Part shown: positions 58,250 through 64,000 of the stretch, in pieces
Numbering within the stretch: the first letter of the stretch is position 1
How the letters are laid out: every line of letters begins with the position of its first letter
Source of the DNA: Octopus vulgaris
Lineage: Eukaryota
Assembly (NCBI GenBank): GCA_951406725.2
Contig: OX597815.1
Coordinates: forward strand, 74,834,001 to 74,898,000
Direction of reading: 5' to 3'
DNA: 64,000 nt
Notes under the pieces: model-generated
Databases searched by the model: none
The model's input: the letters and a program-made list of their open reading frames with translations, nothing else
What the model was told of the DNA's origin: nothing
Made by a program: the position numbers and the translations under genes

Positions 58250-60005
58250 ACAGGATGGCCGTCCAGTCGCGACCGAGGAAAACCATTACTGAACTTTAGG
58301 AACATTGTGCGCTCAAGACTACCTTATCCTTTACACTTGTGGCTTCGTTGGTGACTAACGAGCCCTGCTCTTGACAAATATACACGACTGCAAACATTGC
58401 ATGCCATGCTTTCCCCATTCGTTACACTAGCAATACGTGTTCGAGCAGCACGCTTAAATTCTTCATGAAAGCGTGCTCTTTCAAAGGTATCGACTCCCTC
58501 CTTTACATGTTTCCTCCATCCATGGCGATGACAAGCATTACTCTCCCAGTTAGCTTCCCGCATTTCACAGGCCTTAATGAGAACTTTTCACAGTCCTTAA
58601 ATTGCAGTCTTGGTTTCTGCCGAGGTTGCTTTCCACTAACAAGTTCCCCGTATAGTATCTGTTTAGGGATCTTGCTATCATTCATTCTAACAAGGTGTCC
58701 AGTCCAACGTAACCGGTGGTTGTGCACCATCGCCTCACTACTCAGGATATCGGCTTTCCTTAGGACCTGTGTATCTGGAGTTTTTGAGGTCCAGCCAACG
58801 TTCAAAATGTCTCAGACATCTCTGATGGGAGCGTTCAAGGACCCTTACATGACGTTTGTAAACGGTCTATGTTTCACATGAGTAAAGGAGTGATGTCAGT
58901 ACATATGCACGGTACTCAGCAATTTTTGTTCGCCTTGTGATGTCATGTTGGGACTGTACACAAGACTCAAGAGACCTGAAGAAATCAGTTGCTCTCTGCA
59001 TCCTAAAAGATATTTCATCATCCAGGAAACAAGAACAGCTGAGTGTGCTGCCCAAGTAGGCAAACTTGTCTACCACTTTCAGTATTGTTCCTTCAACCAA
59101 GATAACTGGTTCCACATATGGGTTTCCTGATGCAGGCAAGAACTTTACAATAGTCATGTCCAGGTTAATGCTGAGTCCAAGTGCCTTGCAAGAAGCAGAA
59201 ATATGATTCACAAGTAGTTGCATGTCATCTGCTGTATGAGTGACTAAGTCACAATCATCTGCATAAAGGAGGTCACGAATAAGAAACTGGAAAATTTATG
59301 AATTGGCAGGAAATCGACGCAGGTTAAAAAGATGGCCAGAAGATCGATGCCTAACATATATCCCAGGAGAGCTGTCCACATCAAAAGCATAAGTAAGAGT
59401 AGCATCAAAATACAAAGAAAGGAGAAATGGGGCAATGATGACACCCTGCTTGACACCATTCTCTATAGGAATAGGTCCCGCCATGCTACCACCAACACTG
59501 ACCCAAGCCTCCATCCCATCATGAAATGATTTGATTATTCACACAAAGTGATCCGGACAAGTATGCGAAGTATTTTCCATAGGGAAGCCCTATTCACAGT
59601 ATCAAAGGCCTTGGTTAAATCAATGAATGCCTGGACATGATCCATATTCTGTTGATAGTACTTCTCCTGCATCAGTCTCGCTGTAAAAATCATATCCATC
59701 GTTCCTCTTCCAGATCGGAAACGACATTGAGATTCAGATAGGACATCATTTTACAAAACACCCATTCAGGCGGGTAAGAAGAGTATTTGCCAGAACCTTG
59801 CCAGCAGCTGATAGTTGAGCAATTTCTCTGTAGTTGCCACACTCTACTCTGGCTTCCTTTCCTTTATAGAGAGGAAGAATAATTGCATCATTCCAGCCCT
59901 TAAGCATTGCACCATCCCTCCAGATTACACTAATAAGTTCATGAAGGGATTGTGATGTGATCACCACCAAATCGCAGGACCTCAGCACAAATACCATCCT
60001 CGGCG
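58250..60005 (-). pseudogene. Degraded RTE-clade LINE (RT domain to 3' end)
   Basis: IILPLYKGK..R.ECGNYR, GVKQG.I.AP.L, LLYADD, F.YLGSTLS, RLRWTGHLVRM..S.IPKQILYGEL, C-terminal C..C....SRAGLVSH. Confidence 0.92.
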
Positions 60006-60036
60006 TCTGATTACATGCATGCATACATACATACAT

Positions 60037-60067
<31 letters not shown>

Positions 60068-60099
60068 TACATACATACATACATACATACATACATACA

Positions 60100-60132
<33 letters not shown>

Positions 60133-60467
60133 GGAAGCCTTCTTTCAGTTTCCATGTATCAAATCTGCTAACAAGGCTTTGGTCGGCCCTACGATATAGT
60201 AGAAAACTATATATATATGAGAGAGGGGGAAGAAAGAAAGAGAGAGAGGGGAGAAGGAGAGAGAGAAGGTAAGAGAGAGAATGAAGGGGAGAGAGAGAGA
60301 AGGGGAGAGAGAGATTGAAGAGGAGAGAGAGAGAAGGGGAGAGAGAGAGAAAGTAAGAGAGAGAGGAGAGGAGGGGGCGACACATATACCACAAGGTTCA
60401 ACGGAGCCCACTGAAGCAAGCCAGCACCTCTCTCTCTACTCCCTCCCTCTCTCTTTCTCCCAATCTT

Positions 60468-60517
<50 letters not shown>

Positions 60518-60772
60518 CCTATGTATACACACACACACATACACATACTTATACATACGCATACATATTTATATACATCTTTGCGTGTGCATACATCTAC
60601 ATATGTGTATATGCGTGTGTAAGCGTGTGAATATGTATGTATGTTTTTTTTACTTTCTCTTTATCGATGAAATCACTAAAATATATTATCCTTAACTTGG
60701 AAAAGGAAATAAAGGCTTGTATCAGAAAGGGCAAACATGGAAAAATGGACTAAAATGAAATAAAAAGTGAAA

Positions 60773-60816
<44 letters not shown>

Positions 60817-61023
60817 TATTTATTATTATTGTGAAGCTGCGCCGTAAGTTTTCTGCAAATTTTGTTGGAAATCCTGGGAAAATTTTTATATTTTTCGATA
60901 TTTGTATGGCCAAGCCAACTAACTTCTAGCGGAGCTAGTTGGCTCGGCGAAATTTTACCCCATTGGGGGTAAAATTACGTTTTGAAATTTATTTTGCATA
61001 CATTTTCATTTACAATTTTAAAT

Positions 61024-62649
61024 ATGGCTTCGAAGAGAACTAGCTGTTCTCTTCTTCAAGTTTCACCCCCACTACACGAAAAAATTTCGTTAACGGCTCC
61101 GAACCGCCCATTTCGTGCCTTAAAAGGCAAAGAAAATATTTCGAAGGAACGTGCCAGCGCGTGCAACGTTCCAAATGTAAATGAAAACGAAGGCGTCATT
61201 TGTGACGTCTTCGAAGATTTCCCTCCTCTCCCCTCTGCAAGCGTCCCAGTAGGGGAAAAAGACGGAAAAAAGAACATTACAAAGGAAAACAACAAAAATG
61301 GCGTCGCCTTTGACGTTAATCAGAATTTTCTTTCTCTTCATTCCATGAGTGCAACAATAGGGGAAAAAGAAGAAAAGAAAATAACAAACAGCATCACCGA
61401 CAACACCACCAGCAACAACACAACAAGCCACCATAGCAATTTTGCTTCTATCATGAAACAAAACACAGAACAAATTGAAATTACATTTGATGAAATAAAA
61501 TCTGCAAAGGGGTTGTTGAGAAAAGAGGGGAACAGTGTCTTCCTCAATACACCTCAACAACTCATAAACGAAACAAAAAAAAAGACTATGATTTATAAAG
61601 TTTTCGATAAGAAAAACAAAAAAATAACCAATGCAACACCCCAACAATTAGAAATGGCTCTTAAACCCATATGGGCCAAAAAGAGCTATGTCACAAGAGG
61701 GAAGCGTTACGGGACGGTGGAGGTTCGCTTCCCAACGGAAGACGATGCAAGGGCGCATGCCATTTCGCCCTTGCAAAATGAAAATTTCTTTCTGGTCCCA
61801 TCATACCTTGGGCGGAAAGTACAAAAAAAGAATGGAGGCATACGACAAGAGGCAGCAGCAGCAACAACAACAACAACAACAACAACAGCACGAAACACCA
61901 AAGACTGCCACACCACCAACACCATCACCACAACCACGACGAACGACACCAACTCCAACAACAACCACCAAACCAACACCAACCCCAGCACCAAGAAAAA
62001 CAACAACAACAAAAAAGGAAGAAGAAGAAGAATCAGCGACACCGTCACCATCACCAACAGATACAGCAACATCACCGCTACCAGCAGAACCAGCAAAAAT
62101 ATTTCGCCCTGCTGATGAAGCGGACCCGACAGCCATCCCCTTTCCGGATCAGGACAGCTCGGATTGTGCGAGCACTGATACCGAGAAAGGGGAATGGCAC
62201 ACAGTGCCTCCAAAAAAGAAAAGGAAGAAAAAACAAAAGGACACACAGGGGAAGCACGAATAAATAGTACTTCCAAACATCATCAATAACAACAACAACA
62301 CACACTCACAACAACATTTTCGACACCACTACTACCACTGCCACACACACCAACACCAACAGACTCGATTACAGCAATAAATACAAAGAATGAAAAACTC
62401 GTTGCATACCTAAAAGACAAAACAAGTACAAACATAACAGATTTCGTTATACCAACACACAACACACCACCAGCACACATTCTCACAATCAAAATCAACG
62501 CAACAACGTACAGTGACATAAAACAAATATTCCCTAACGATGTAGGATCGCTAGGGAAAAGTTTCTCAAAGAAACTATTTAAAAATATAATTGAAGCACC
62601 TGTGCAAAAGCACAAGGGAGCCATCCCCACCACCAACAACAGTAAGTAG
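61024..62649 (+). pseudogene. ORF1 of an L1/Tx1-like LINE, frameshifted
   Basis: ATG 61024; RRM-like segment RGKRYGTVEVRF; frame changes near 61825 and 62260; directly precedes ORF2. Confidence 0.7.
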
Positions 62650-62692
62650 AGCCTTTTTCTCCTTTTATTTTTTTTCTTTCCACCTTTGAAAC

Positions 62693-64000
62693 ATGGCAAA
62701 ACTTAGAATCGGTTGCTTGAATGTGAGAGGCCTCGGGTCACCTTGGAAACAGGGTCACCTGTTAAACGACCTGAGGTTTCATGATGTGGATGTAGCAGCC
62801 ATCATTGAAACCAGGCTCTCCGACCCGCAGGAACTCGCAGCCCTTTTCGGCGGATACGAGATATTTCTATCTCCGTGTCGGCCGGGAGCGGGCGGTGGTG
62901 GTACTGCGGTGTTGTTTCGGAAGGGCCTGAACTTGAAAATAAGGACAGTCTTCCTGGATCCGGAAGGTAAGTTGGTAGTCCTCGACGTAGACGGTAGTGA
63001 CGGCGGTGCTTTCAGACTGCTGGCTGCCTACGCTCCGACAGGAGCAGGGCAGTCGGATTATTTCAAACGTCTGGAAGTTTTCCTGGGAACGTCACGCACT
63101 CTAGTGCTAGTTGGGGATTGGAACGCTGTCTTAGACGAACGTTTCGATCGGGTGGGCAGGGGAGCGTCTGATAGGAGAGGAGGGTGCAAGAGCCTCGCCA
63201 ACCTACTCGGACGCTTTCAGCTGTCCGACAGGTTTCGACTAGACAACCCGAATGTGCCAATGTGGACTTGGACCAATCGCATCGGGTCGTCTAGATCGTA
63301 CTTAGATAGAGTGTTTTGTAGGCCAGTGGATAAGGACAGCATAGGGTGTCCACAATTCCACCTAGTCGACTACACGGACCGCAAATTCGTGATCTGTACG
63401 GTCGACTTAGATATGCTACATAGACAGGGACCCGGCTACTGGAAGCTGAACGCATTAACAGCATGCAAAGCTTACAGAGACCGGATTAGTTTACTAGTTA
63501 AGCGGGCGCTCGCGGAGACAAGCATCAACAACAACTGGTGATTTGCCCTCAAGAGTAGAGTCGATTAGGTTTAGTAAGACTCTAGCTATTGAACGTAGGA
63601 AGAGAGCGCGGGATTTAGTTAAGAAATTAGACGAGGCTCTTGAGACTGGCATCGCGACCGTGGTGTTGGCGGCAAGGTTGGCCCTCGACCAACACTTTGA
63701 CGCTAAAAACACAGGGGCTGCGTTGTCAGAGCTAAGGCACGTTCACTAAGCGGGGAGGGGACTAGAGCCGCTCGATGGGCCCGCGTGGCGGAGGCGAAGC
63801 GAGGCAACAAAGCAACCATTCGGTCTTTGGTGGACCAGAACGGGCGCGAGGTTACCGAACCGAAGCAGATGTGTACGGTGTTTCAGCGGCACTTTGCTCA
63901 ACTGTTTGGAACGAGCGGTGGAATGCACAATGGTGCAGACTTCGGTGTGTACCTGGACGGCCTACCGCAACTCTCGGACAGCGAGGCAGAGTGCTGCGAA
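62693..64000 (+). pseudogene. ORF2 of an L1/Tx1-like LINE: APE endonuclease, frame-disrupted, continues past the window
   Basis: LNVRGL, ETRL, AYAP, GDWN, D.FR...P....WTW, SYLDR, GPGYWKLN; stop at 63541; markedly GC-richer than the flanks. Confidence 0.9.

Overview
AT-rich, repeat-saturated animal DNA. The SINE families, R4/Dong, RTE, CR1-like, Penelope and Tx1 retroelements and the huge (TA)n/(TAA)n tracts suggest an octopus-type cephalopod; this is an inference. Nearly all ORFs in the supplied track are microsatellite artefacts or transposon debris. One real host gene is hidden on the + strand (about 24.5-53.8 kb). It has a TATA/Inr promoter, a 4-nt coding first exon (ATGG) and four further exons with GT-AG sites in intron phases 1,0,0,0. 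These splice into an uninterrupted 234-aa protein with a signal peptide and four amphipathic helical segments. Size, exon layout and helix placement match long-chain class-I helical cytokines/hormones (IL-6/G-CSF/GH/prolactin type), so it is a candidate molluscan JAK/STAT ligand; the fold is inferred, not computed. Other notable structure: an old palindrome at 1-5760 whose arms record each other's empty insertion sites, Penelope-derived hammerhead motifs and fold-back hairpins, a ~555-bp (TAA)n-associated non-coding element, a solo LTR, Helitrons, mariner/Tigger/hAT relics, and a Tx1-like LINE running off the right edge.
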